This document shows positions 32,110 through 40,469 of a DNA stretch of 64,000 nt, in pieces; the first letter of the stretch is position 1; every line of letters starts with the position of its first letter. The translations under genes and the position numbers were made by a program. The notes beneath the pieces were generated by a model. That model was not told the DNA's origin. It saw only the letters and a program-made list of their open reading frames with translations, and did not search any database. The DNA is taken from contig OZ242374.1 in the NCBI GenBank assembly GCA_965209055.1, forward strand, positions 992,001 through 1,056,000. The letters are read 5' to 3'. The DNA is from Acidobacteriota bacterium (lineage in GTDB: Bacteria > Acidobacteriota > UBA6911 > RPQK01 > JAJDTT01).

Positions 32110-34173
32110 ATGCTGAACTACATTTGGCTCATTCCCCTTTGTCCCCTGGCGGGATTCCTGATCAACGGCCTGTGGGGGCTCTGGTGCGTCCGCCGGACCG
32201 GGCGCCGGCCGCAGAAGAATTTCGTGGCCGTGGTCGCCTGCGGCGCGGTGCTGCTGGCGTTCCTGATCTCGCTGGGTTCTTTCGCCGGGCTGCTGGAGCT
32301 GGACCCGGAGAACCGGATCCACGAGGTGAATCTCTTCAACTGGATTCCGGGCCTGATGGTCCGGACCGTCTCCGGCGAGCTCGCCCCGTTCCAGATCAAC
32401 TGGGGTTTCCAGTTGGATCCGCTCTCGGCCGTCATGATCCTGGTGGTGACGGGAATCGGATTCCTGATCCACCTCTACTCCATCGGGTACATGTACGAAG
32501 AAGAGGGCTTCTATCGTTTCTTCGCCTACATGAACCTGTTCATGTTCATGATGCTCACCCTGGTCCTGGCCAACAATTTCCTCCTCATGTTCGTGGGCTG
32601 GGAAGGAGTGGGCCTCTGCTCCTATCTGCTCATCGGCTACTACATGGAGAAGAGGAGCGCCGGGGACGCCGCCAAGAAGGCCTTCGTGGTCAACCGAATC
32701 GGCGACTACGGCTTCATCCTGGGGATGCTTCTGCTCTTCTCCTGGTTCGGGACCCTGGACTTCACCGATCTCTTCTCCCGGATCGCCACTCTGGTTCCGG
32801 AACCCGAGGCCGCATGGGGCCCGTTGAGCTGGGCGGCATTGCTCCTCTTCATCGGCGCCACCGGAAAGAGCGCCCAGATTCCCCTCTACACCTGGCTTCC
32901 CGACGCCATGGAGGGTCCGACTCCCGTCAGCGCCCTGATCCACGCCGCCACCATGGTCACCGCAGGCGTCTACATGGTGGCCCGGTCGGCGGCCATCTAC
33001 AGCCGGGCGCCCGATGTCATGCTGATCGTGGCGGTGGTGGGAATCGTAACCGCCGTGTTGGCGGCCTGCATCGCCCTGTTTCAGCGGGACATCAAGCGGG
33101 TTCTGGCCTACTCCACGGTGAGCCAACTGGGCTACATGGTGACCGCCCTGGGCGTGGGCGCCGTCACCGCCGGCATCTTCCACCTGATGACCCACGCCTT
33201 CTTCAAGGCTCTCCTCTTCCTGGGTTCGGGCAGCGTCATCCTGGGCATGCACCACGAACAGGACATGATGAAGATGGGCGGCCTGAAGAAATACATGCCC
33301 ACCACCTGGTGGACCATGGGGGTGGGCACCCTGGCCATCGCCGGCACACCCTTTCTGTCCGGCTTCTTCTCCAAGGACGAGATCCTGTGGCGCGCCTACA
33401 GCCTGCCGGGAGGCAGCCCCATCATCTGGGGCGTCGGCGTCCTGGTGGCGGGCATGACCGCCTTCTACATGTTTCGCATGATGTTCCTGACCTTTTACGG
33501 GGAGGAACGCTATGACCACCATTCGGGCCATGCGCCGCACGAATCGCCCCGGGTGATGACCGTCCCCCTCATGGTGCTGGCCGCCGGGTCGGTCGTGGCG
33601 GGCTACGTGGGGCTTCCGCCCTGGCTGGGCCCCAACGTATTCGAGCACTTCCTGGAGCCGGTCCTGGCCACGGCCTGGCAACCCGAGGCGGGGGCCCACC
33701 ATTCCCACCTGGAGGAGATTCTCCTGGCGGCGGTCTCGGTGGCGGTGGCCGGATGCGGAGTGTTCCTGGCCTATCACTTCTTCCTCGCCCGGCCCGAGAA
33801 GGCGGGGCAGTTGCGGGAGCGGTTCCAAGGCCTCTACCGGGTCGTCTACAACAAGTTCTACGTGGATGAGGCCTACGACGGCCTCTTCGTCAATCGCTGC
33901 AAGGACCTGGGAACCTGGCTCAGCACCTTCGATCTCAAGGTGGTGGACGGCCTGGTGAACGGAAGCGCCGCCGCCACCCGCATCTCCGCCTGGATCTCGG
34001 GTCAGGCGGACATCCACATCGTGGACCGGCTGGTGAATCTGACGGCGGAGATCGTGGAGTTCTTCAGCTCAGTCTTCCGGCGGCTGCAGACCGGCCTGGT
34101 TCAACGCTACATTGCCTTTTTCGTCTTGGGGCTGGTGCTCATCATCGGCTGTTATCTCTACCTCGGAGCATAG
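32110..34173 (+). CDS. nuoL: NADH-quinone oxidoreductase subunit L
   Basis: GWEGVG, NRIGD, KSAQ.P..WLPDAMEGPTPVSALIHAATM and THAFFKA motifs. Confidence 0.96.
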   Translation: MLNYIWLIPLCPLAGFLINGLWGLWCVRRTGRRPQKNFVAVVACGAVLLAFLISLGSFAGLLELDPENRIHEVNLFNWIPGLMVRTVSGELAPFQINWGFQLDPLSAVMILVVTGIGFLIHLYSIGYMYEEEGFYRFFAYMNLFMFMMLTLVLANNFLLMFVGWEGVGLCSYLLIGYYMEKRSAGDAAKKAFVVNRIGDYGFILGMLLLFSWFGTLDFTDLFSRIATLVPEPEAAWGPLSWAALLLFIGATGKSAQIPLYTWLPDAMEGPTPVSALIHAATMVTAGVYMVARSAAIYSRAPDVMLIVAVVGIVTAVLAACIALFQRDIKRVLAYSTVSQLGYMVTALGVGAVTAGIFHLMTHAFFKALLFLGSGSVILGMHHEQDMMKMGGLKKYMPTTWWTMGVGTLAIAGTPFLSGFFSKDEILWRAYSLPGGSPIIWGVGVLVAGMTAFYMFRMMFLTFYGEERYDHHSGHAPHESPRVMTVPLMVLAAGSVVAGYVGLPPWLGPNVFEHFLEPVLATAWQPEAGAHHSHLEEILLAAVSVAVAGCGVFLAYHFFLARPEKAGQLRERFQGLYRVVYNKFYVDEAYDGLFVNRCKDLGTWLSTFDLKVVDGLVNGSAAATRISAWISGQADIHIVDRLVNLTAEIVEFFSSVFRRLQTGLVQRYIAFFVLGLVLIIGCYLYLGA

Positions 34174-34177
34174 TCCT

Positions 34178-35737
34178 ATGGGCTTTTTCATGACCAACAT
34201 CCTGACCATCGTCTGCTTCTTCCCACTCTTGGGCGTGCTGATCATTATGCTCTGGCCCAAGGGGAAGGAGCATGAAACCGAGGTCAAGTGGATCGCCAAC
34301 ATCGTCGCCTTTGCAGGGTTCCTGGTCTCCATCCCCCTGATCACCCATTTCAACCGGCCGGAGTACATCGACGCGAGCGGGATGCGATACGTCTTCAAGG
34401 CCCCGTGGATCGAGTCGCTCGGCGTCCAGTACTACTTCGGAATCGACGGCATCAGCCTGCTGCTGATCCTGCTGACCACCCTGCTCGGATCCATCTCCAT
34501 TCTCTCGTCGTGGAATGCCATCACCACCCGGGTCCGGGAGTACTACTGCTACTTCCTGATCCTGCAGACGGGGATGCTGGGCGTTTTCATGGCCCTGGAC
34601 TTCTTCCTCTTCTACGTCTTCTGGGAAGTCATGCTGGTGCCCATGTACTTCATCATCGGGATCTGGGGCGGCCCCAGGAAGCTATACGCCGCCATCAAGT
34701 TCTTCCTCTACACGCTGCTGGGATCGGTCCTGCTCCTGCTGGGAATCCTGGCCCTCTACTTTCACCAGTACGCCGTCAAGGGCGTCTGGTCCTTCGACGT
34801 CCTGGCCTTTCAGGAACTGGGCATCCCGCCCGATCTCCAGTACTGGATCTTCCTGGCCATGTTCGTCGGGTTCGCCATCAAGGTTCCGCTGTTTCCCTTC
34901 CACACCTGGCTCCCGGACGCCCACGTCGAGGCTCCGACGGCCGGCTCGGTCATCCTGGCCGGGGTGCTCCTCAAGATGGGCACCTATGGTTTCGTCCGCT
35001 TCAGCCTGCCCATCCTGCCTGACGCCACCATGGAGTTCCTCCCCTGGATGATGGCCATTTCCGTGATCGGGATCATCTACGGGGCGCTGGTGGCCATGAT
35101 GCAGAAGGACATCAAGAAACTGGTGGCCTACTCCTCCGTCAGCCACCTGGGATTCTGCATGCTGGGGGTCTTCATCGTGACGCCGGTGGCGCTGGAGGGA
35201 GGCATCCTCCAGATGATCAACCATGGGATCTCCACCGGGGCCCTCTTCCTGATCGTGGGCATCATCTACGAGCGCCGGCACACCCGCATGATCAGCGACT
35301 ACAGCGGCCTGTCCCACGTCATGCCGGTGTACGCCGTCGTCTTTCTGATCATGACCCTCTCCTCCATCGGCATGCCCACGCTCAACGGATTCATCGGAGA
35401 GTTCATGGTGCTGCAGGGGGTCTTCGCCGACCCCGACTACAAGCTCTGGGCCGTATTCGGAGCCGCCGGCATCGTGCTGGGGGCGGCCTACATGCTCTGG
35501 CTCTACCAGCGGGTGATGTTCGGACCCATCAAGCAGGAAGAGAACCGCAAGCTTCCCGACCTGACCCCCCGGGAGCTGGCGACCTTCGTCCCTCTCATCA
35601 TTCTGGCCTTCTGGATCGGCCTCTATCCGAGCCCGTTCCTGTCCTACCTGCACGAGCCCGTCAATCAGATCGTGGAGAAGGTGAGGCCCGGGGAATTCCA
35701 GCCCCGCTCCATGCAGGCCCGGATCGAGGACCGATAG
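34178..35737 (+). CDS. nuoM: NADH-quinone oxidoreductase subunit M
   Basis: FWE, KVPLFPFHTWLPDAHVEAP, LLKMG and AYSSVSH. ATG at 34178. Confidence 0.96.
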   Translation: MGFFMTNILTIVCFFPLLGVLIIMLWPKGKEHETEVKWIANIVAFAGFLVSIPLITHFNRPEYIDASGMRYVFKAPWIESLGVQYYFGIDGISLLLILLTTLLGSISILSSWNAITTRVREYYCYFLILQTGMLGVFMALDFFLFYVFWEVMLVPMYFIIGIWGGPRKLYAAIKFFLYTLLGSVLLLLGILALYFHQYAVKGVWSFDVLAFQELGIPPDLQYWIFLAMFVGFAIKVPLFPFHTWLPDAHVEAPTAGSVILAGVLLKMGTYGFVRFSLPILPDATMEFLPWMMAISVIGIIYGALVAMMQKDIKKLVAYSSVSHLGFCMLGVFIVTPVALEGGILQMINHGISTGALFLIVGIIYERRHTRMISDYSGLSHVMPVYAVVFLIMTLSSIGMPTLNGFIGEFMVLQGVFADPDYKLWAVFGAAGIVLGAAYMLWLYQRVMFGPIKQEENRKLPDLTPRELATFVPLIILAFWIGLYPSPFLSYLHEPVNQIVEKVRPGEFQPRSMQARIEDR

Positions 35738-37267
35738 ATGCCCGAAATACCGGCGGCCGGGGAACTATTCGGTTTCCTCAAACTGAACGCCCGGGCCATC
35801 GCGCCTCAATTGCATCTCATCGTCTGGGGGCTGGGACTCCTCTGCATCGACTTCATCCTGCCCGGTCGGGGAACCCGGATCCTGGGATTCCGCGGAAAGT
35901 CCCTGTCGGCGTTGTTCGCCCTGGTCGGGCTGCTGGCGGCCTCGCTTCAGCTCTGGCGCCTGTGGGGCACCGGGAACGGCGACGCCTTCTACAAGATGGT
36001 GACTCAGGATGCCTTCTCCGAGGTCTTCGGAATCCTCTTCCTGGTTTCGGCCATTCTGGCAGTCGCCCTTTCGTACCGGCATCTCGACGTCGAGGACGCC
36101 CAACACAGCGAGTACTACGCCATCCTCCTCTTCGCCACGTCCGGCATGATGTTCATGGCCGGGGCCATCGATCTGGTCACCATCTTCGTGGGTCTGGAGC
36201 TGATGTCCGTTTCGACCTACATCCTGGTCGGCTTTCTGCGCCGTCAGCGCCGTTCCAACGAGGCCTCCATGAAGTATTTCCTCATGGGAGCCTTCTCCAC
36301 CGCCATCATCCTTTACGGGATGTCCCTGCTCTATGGGATCAGCGGCAGCACCAACCTGAACGTCATCGCCCAGGAGGCGGCCAAGCGTGAGGACAACACC
36401 CTGTTGATCCTGGCCCTTTTCCTGATGCTGGCCGGCCTCTGCTTCAAGATCGCGGCCGTCCCCTTCCACATGTGGGCGCCCGATGCCTACGAGGGTGCGC
36501 CCACCGGCATCACCGCCTTCATGTCGGTGGCGGTCAAAGGCGCCGCTTTCGCCGTATTCCTGCGCATCTTCTACGTGACCTTCCATGACTTTCACGACCT
36601 GTACATGGGGGTCCTGGCCGTCATTGCCATGGCGACCATGACCTGGGGCAACGTGGCGGCGGTCACGCAACAGAACGTCAAGCGGCTGCTGGCCTATTCC
36701 AGCATCTCCCACGCCGGGTTCGTTCTGATGGGACTCGTGGTGGGCACCCAGCAGGGGGTTTCGGCGTCGGTGGTCTACCTGTTCGCCTATACCTTCATGA
36801 ACCTCGGCGTCTGGGCCATCGTCATTCTGCTGCGGCGGCGGGACGTGATCGGGGAGTCGATCGAGGATTTCAACGGCCTCTACTTCAAGCATCCCGGTCT
36901 GGCGATACTGAATCTCATTTTCTTCCTCTCGCTGGCCGGCATCCCCCCTCTGGCCGGATTCATCGCCAAGTACGCCGTGTTCGCGGCGGTGATCGAATCG
37001 GCCATGGCGGCCGGGCAGGCTCACGGACAACTGCTGATGTGGCTGGCCGTGGTGGCCGCACTCAATGCCGTCGTCTCCCTCTTCTACTACTTGCGGATCG
37101 TGGTGGCCATGTTCATCGAGAGGGAGTCGCTCCCGGTCCCGTTGAGCTTCTCCGTGGGAGTCTGGTTCGTCCTCCTGGTCACGGGGTTCTTTACCATTGC
37201 CATGGGGATCTACCCGGATCCTTTCTTCAACCTGGCCCGAATCGCCAGTCTCCCACTGGTTTTCTGA
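35738..37267 (+). CDS. nuoN: NADH-quinone oxidoreductase subunit N
   Basis: GLEL, EASMKYF, FKIAAVPFHMWAPDAYEG and KRLLAYSSI motifs. Confidence 0.96.
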   Translation: MPEIPAAGELFGFLKLNARAIAPQLHLIVWGLGLLCIDFILPGRGTRILGFRGKSLSALFALVGLLAASLQLWRLWGTGNGDAFYKMVTQDAFSEVFGILFLVSAILAVALSYRHLDVEDAQHSEYYAILLFATSGMMFMAGAIDLVTIFVGLELMSVSTYILVGFLRRQRRSNEASMKYFLMGAFSTAIILYGMSLLYGISGSTNLNVIAQEAAKREDNTLLILALFLMLAGLCFKIAAVPFHMWAPDAYEGAPTGITAFMSVAVKGAAFAVFLRIFYVTFHDFHDLYMGVLAVIAMATMTWGNVAAVTQQNVKRLLAYSSISHAGFVLMGLVVGTQQGVSASVVYLFAYTFMNLGVWAIVILLRRRDVIGESIEDFNGLYFKHPGLAILNLIFFLSLAGIPPLAGFIAKYAVFAAVIESAMAAGQAHGQLLMWLAVVAALNAVVSLFYYLRIVVAMFIERESLPVPLSFSVGVWFVLLVTGFFTIAMGIYPDPFFNLARIASLPLVF

Positions 37268-37306
37268 AGATTCCGGACGGCTCCCTTCAACGGCAACGGG
37301 GACGGC

Positions 37307-37567
37307 ATGGTTCGTCCCGCATCCTGGACACGGATCGTGACGCAAAAAGGGTTGCGAAACGGCAAGCGGGAAAAGGGTGGCGTCTATGCCCAGGTGGCTC
37401 GATACAGCTCCATAATTTTTCTGCTCCCCTCGTGTCTTCTGGTCGGCTACCTGATTGGCCGCTTTCTGGACCGGCGCCTGGAGTCCGATCCCTGGATCTC
37501 CCTGGCGGGATTGCTGCTGGGAGGAGTCGCCGGCCTGGTCCGGGTCGTTCGGATGTTCAGCAGGTAA
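37307..37567 (+). CDS. AtpZ/AtpI-family small membrane protein
   Basis: Two TM segments with GYLIGRFLDRRL..PW; first gene of the atp cluster. Start uncertain. Confidence 0.75.
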   Translation: MVRPASWTRIVTQKGLRNGKREKGGVYAQVARYSSIIFLLPSCLLVGYLIGRFLDRRLESDPWISLAGLLLGGVAGLVRVVRMFSR

Positions 37568-37570
37568 GTC

Positions 37571-37909
37571 TTGGAACGGATCTCACGCAACGCCGCCATC
37601 CTCCTGGCCGCCATTTCCCTCATCGGGGGATTGGTTTACGGATTCTGGGCGGCCGTATCCATCCTGGCCGGAGCCGTGGCCGCCCTCATCAACCTCAAGG
37701 TCCTGGACCGGCTGGCAACCCGGCTGCTGGCGCCGGACGGGAAGCCTTCGGCCCTGCGATTTCTGGCCCTGAACGGGGGTCGCATGGTCTTGATGCTGGG
37801 AGGTCTCTTTGCTATGATGCATATTCCCTTTTTGAGTGTGCCGGGGGCGGTCCTGGGGCTTTCCATACCCATCCTTTCAGCAATGTTGGAGGCGTTGTAC
37901 AAATCCTGA
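37571..37909 (+). CDS. atpI: ATP synthase protein I (AtpI-like)
   Basis: Four-TM hydrophobic protein immediately upstream of atpB. Confidence 0.65.
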   Translation: MERISRNAAILLAAISLIGGLVYGFWAAVSILAGAVAALINLKVLDRLATRLLAPDGKPSALRFLALNGGRMVLMLGGLFAMMHIPFLSVPGAVLGLSIPILSAMLEALYKS

Positions 37910-37978
37910 CCCGCACAGTTCATGCCTGATCCGGCGTGACACCCTCGGGACGGACGAACTTCTGAAACAGGACCGCAA

Positions 37979-38716
37979 ATGGATCAGCACCACGAGTTCC
38001 TGTCGGCGACTCTCTTCAACCGCTACATCGCGAACCCTCTGGCCGAGGCCCTGGGATTCCACGTGGACCACGACGTCCTTCCGGCCCATCTGGTCATGGT
38101 GATCTTCGTCTGCCTCATCCTCACCACGGTCGCGCTTCTGGTGAGGAGGCGCCTGAGCGTGGAGAATCCGGGCGCGGTCCAACAGATGCTGGAGGTTCTG
38201 GTCGAAGGCCTGCTGGGATTGATGAAGGAGATCATCGGACCCGACGCACGCCGCTTCTTCCCCCTGATCGGGACGCTGTTCCTCTACATCCTGGCGGGCA
38301 ACCTGCTGGGGCTCTTTCCCGGGTTCATGCCGCCCACCAGCAACATCAACATTACGGCGGCGTGCGGGATCCTCGTCTTCCTCTATTACAACTACCATGG
38401 GTTCCGGGTTCACGGCTTCGTCAAGTACATGGCCCACTTCGCGGGTCCGTCACTGGCCATCGCCCCGGTCCTTTTCGTGATCGAGATCATCAGCCACATG
38501 GCGCGGCCCTTCTCCCTCTCCGTCCGGCTCATGGGCAACATCTACGCCGAGGAGCTGATCGTCACCAACTTGAATCAACTGTTCCCCTTTGTGATCTCGA
38601 TGCCGGTGATGGCCCTGGGCCTCTTTGCCGGCACGCTACAGGCCTTCATTTTCTCCGTCTTGACCATCGTCTACATCGCTGGTTCCGTGGAGCACGCACA
38701 CGACGAAGAACACTGA
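37979..38716 (+). CDS. atpB: F0F1 ATP synthase subunit a
   Basis: NLLGLFPG..PTSNIN, RPFSLSVRLMGN (essential Arg) and LQAFIF motifs. Confidence 0.96.
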   Translation: MDQHHEFLSATLFNRYIANPLAEALGFHVDHDVLPAHLVMVIFVCLILTTVALLVRRRLSVENPGAVQQMLEVLVEGLLGLMKEIIGPDARRFFPLIGTLFLYILAGNLLGLFPGFMPPTSNINITAACGILVFLYYNYHGFRVHGFVKYMAHFAGPSLAIAPVLFVIEIISHMARPFSLSVRLMGNIYAEELIVTNLNQLFPFVISMPVMALGLFAGTLQAFIFSVLTIVYIAGSVEHAHDEEH

Positions 38717-38770
38717 TTCGGGCGCTCCATGCGACGGGCTCACACCTCAAACCTTGGAAGGAGTCATCTA

Positions 38771-39085
38771 ATGAACCGAAAGTTCGGCCTTCTGGCCATT
38801 GCTCTGGTCGTTGCCATCCTGCTGCCGGTGGCCTCCGTGCAGGCACAGTCGGAGGAAGGCGGCGCCTCCACAAGTCTGGAAATTCATTGGCTCGCCGTCG
38901 CCATGGCCATCGCCGCGGCCGGCTGCGGCTACGGTCAGAGCCGGGTCCTGACCGCCGCCTGCGAAGGCGTCTCCAGAAACCCCGGAGCCTCCGACACGAT
39001 CCGCTTCTTCTTCATCCTGGGACTCGCCTTCATCGAGTTCCTGGCTCTTCTGACCTTCGTCGTCGTTCTCCTGGTGAGTGGGTAA
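38771..39085 (+). CDS. atpE: F0F1 ATP synthase subunit c with N-terminal signal-like extension
   Basis: GCGYGQ, RNP loop and LAFIE. AAGGAG RBS before ATG 38771. Confidence 0.92.
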   Translation: MNRKFGLLAIALVVAILLPVASVQAQSEEGGASTSLEIHWLAVAMAIAAAGCGYGQSRVLTAACEGVSRNPGASDTIRFFFILGLAFIEFLALLTFVVVLLVSG

Positions 39086-39119
39086 CCACCCTTCGAGACC
39101 GCACGACGGCTCAAGAAAA

Positions 39120-39161
39120 GAGATACGACCCCCGACGCATTTTTCCAGGGGGTCGTGTCTC
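39120..39161. terminator. Stem-loop between atpE and the convergent brnA
   Basis: GAGATACGACCCCC...GGGGGTCGTGTCTC, preceded by an A-rich run (a U-tract on the minus strand). Confidence 0.5.
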
Positions 39162-39295
39162 CGGCCGTCGGCGCCGAAAACTTCCTCCGCCGGGATACAC
39201 CGGCCGCGCACCGGACATGAAATCCCGTCATGCTCCAGATGGTGAGCAAACCGTCCAACCTCGGGCAAACCCGCCGCGTGATGGCGTCGCTTTTC

Positions 39296-39550
39296 TCAGC
39301 CTGAAGACCGATCGCTTTCCATGAGCGCCCTAAGCATGGCGTTCATGCGAGTCTGGTAACCCTTGCCCCTCGATTTGAGCCAGTCGATTACATCGGCATC
39401 CAAGCGGACATAGATCCCTTTCTTCGACCGCGGCATCTGCAGTTCGGCCCTCTTCCAGAAGCTCTCATCGGCTTCCGGGATGTCCGAGTAATCGATGTCC
39501 GCATCCGCTATGGATTCAATTTTCCGGATCCGCTTTGGTGAGATACTCAT
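39296..39550 (-). CDS. brnA: BrnA antitoxin
   Basis: IDYSDIPE, RLDADVIDWLK and GYQTRMNAMLR motifs. Confidence 0.92.
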   Translation of the reverse strand: MSISPKRIRKIESIADADIDYSDIPEADESFWKRAELQMPRSKKGIYVRLDADVIDWLKSRGKGYQTRMNAMLRALMESDRSSG

Positions 39551-39815
39551 AGTAAGCGCGTCTTTCCTTGCGGTTGGCCTTACGGGCGGAAATCAGCCGG
39601 ATTCTCTCACGCCGAATCGTGTGAACCACCACGATGACGACCGACCTTCCGATCCGCCCATAGCTGATGAATCGTTTCTCGCCGTAGTCACGGCGATCGT
39701 CCTGGGCAGTGACCACGGGGTGGATGAAAATGACCTTGGCTTCCTCAAAACCGATGCCATGTTTTGTCCGGTTGACTTCATCCTTCCCATCATCCCATTC
39801 AAATTGCAACGGCAT
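39516..39815 (-). CDS. brnT: BrnT ribonuclease toxin
   Basis: FEWD..K..KHGIGF, YGEKR and RLISARKAN motifs. Confidence 0.93.
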   Translation of the reverse strand: MPLQFEWDDGKDEVNRTKHGIGFEEAKVIFIHPVVTAQDDRRDYGEKRFISYGRIGRSVVIVVVHTIRRERIRLISARKANRKERRAYYEYLTKADPEN

Positions 39816-39850
39816 CGTTTCGCTGTCGGCATGTGGCGTCCCTTTCTGAC

Positions 39851-39880
39851 TTGTATATATACAATCTGTATATACGTCAA
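39851..39880 (-). promoter_or_regulatory. brnTA promoter with overlapping palindromic operators
   Basis: Minus strand reads TTGACG-17bp-TATACA. Perfect palindrome TTGTATATATACAA at 39851-39864, plus a second GTATATAC site. Confidence 0.65.
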
Positions 39881-39998
39881 TTTACAAGCGGCATTTTCCG
39901 GCTCTCCATCCTCTCCTCCGGATACATCCCTCTCACTCTCCTCTTCGTTTCCTTTCCACTCTCTTCATCGCTTCTCTCGATACCGAGAAGTTGTTACA

Positions 39999-40463
39999 AT
40001 GGCCGGCACCATGTCCGTGTCCAGATTGCCTGCGCCCAAATTCATCGTGGCGGGCCTCTTGATCGTGGGCGCCGTGAGCTACCTGATGGTCAGCGGCTTC
40101 GACGACACCATGGTCTACTACTACACCCTGTCGGAGTTGATGGAAAAGAAGTCGGACCTCGCCGGCGTGGGGTTGCGCATCCATGGACATGTCTCATCCG
40201 ACTCCATCCGGATCGATCGGGAGCGGTCGCAAGTCGACTTCCTGGTGATGGAAAAGGAGACCACCAACACTCTTCCCGTCACCTATCAGGGGGTTATCCC
40301 CGACACCTTCAAGGATGGGGCCGAGGTCGTGGTGGAAGGCACCTACCATGCCGGCCGGCACCATTTCCAAGCCACGTTCCTGATGGCCAAATGCCCCTCC
40401 AAATATGAGGGGGCTCAAACCGCTTCCTCCGGCAAGGCCCAGACCTCCGACAGTCCGTATTGA
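39999..40463 (+). CDS. ccmE: Heme chaperone CcmE, CxxxY variant
   Basis: N-terminal TM, YYYT, PDTFKDG.EVVVEG and AKCPSKY. Confidence 0.92.
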   Translation: MAGTMSVSRLPAPKFIVAGLLIVGAVSYLMVSGFDDTMVYYYTLSELMEKKSDLAGVGLRIHGHVSSDSIRIDRERSQVDFLVMEKETTNTLPVTYQGVIPDTFKDGAEVVVEGTYHAGRHHFQATFLMAKCPSKYEGAQTASSGKAQTSDSPY

Positions 40464-40469
40464 CGGAAC

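Noticed and set aside
30805-34017. 1070-aa antisense ORF and similar long shadow ORFs (3718-5505, 21447-23504, 27313-29568, 46663-48342)
   Set aside because: They mirror well-supported genes on the opposite strand. This is expected from high-GC codon bias, and they show no recognisable motifs.
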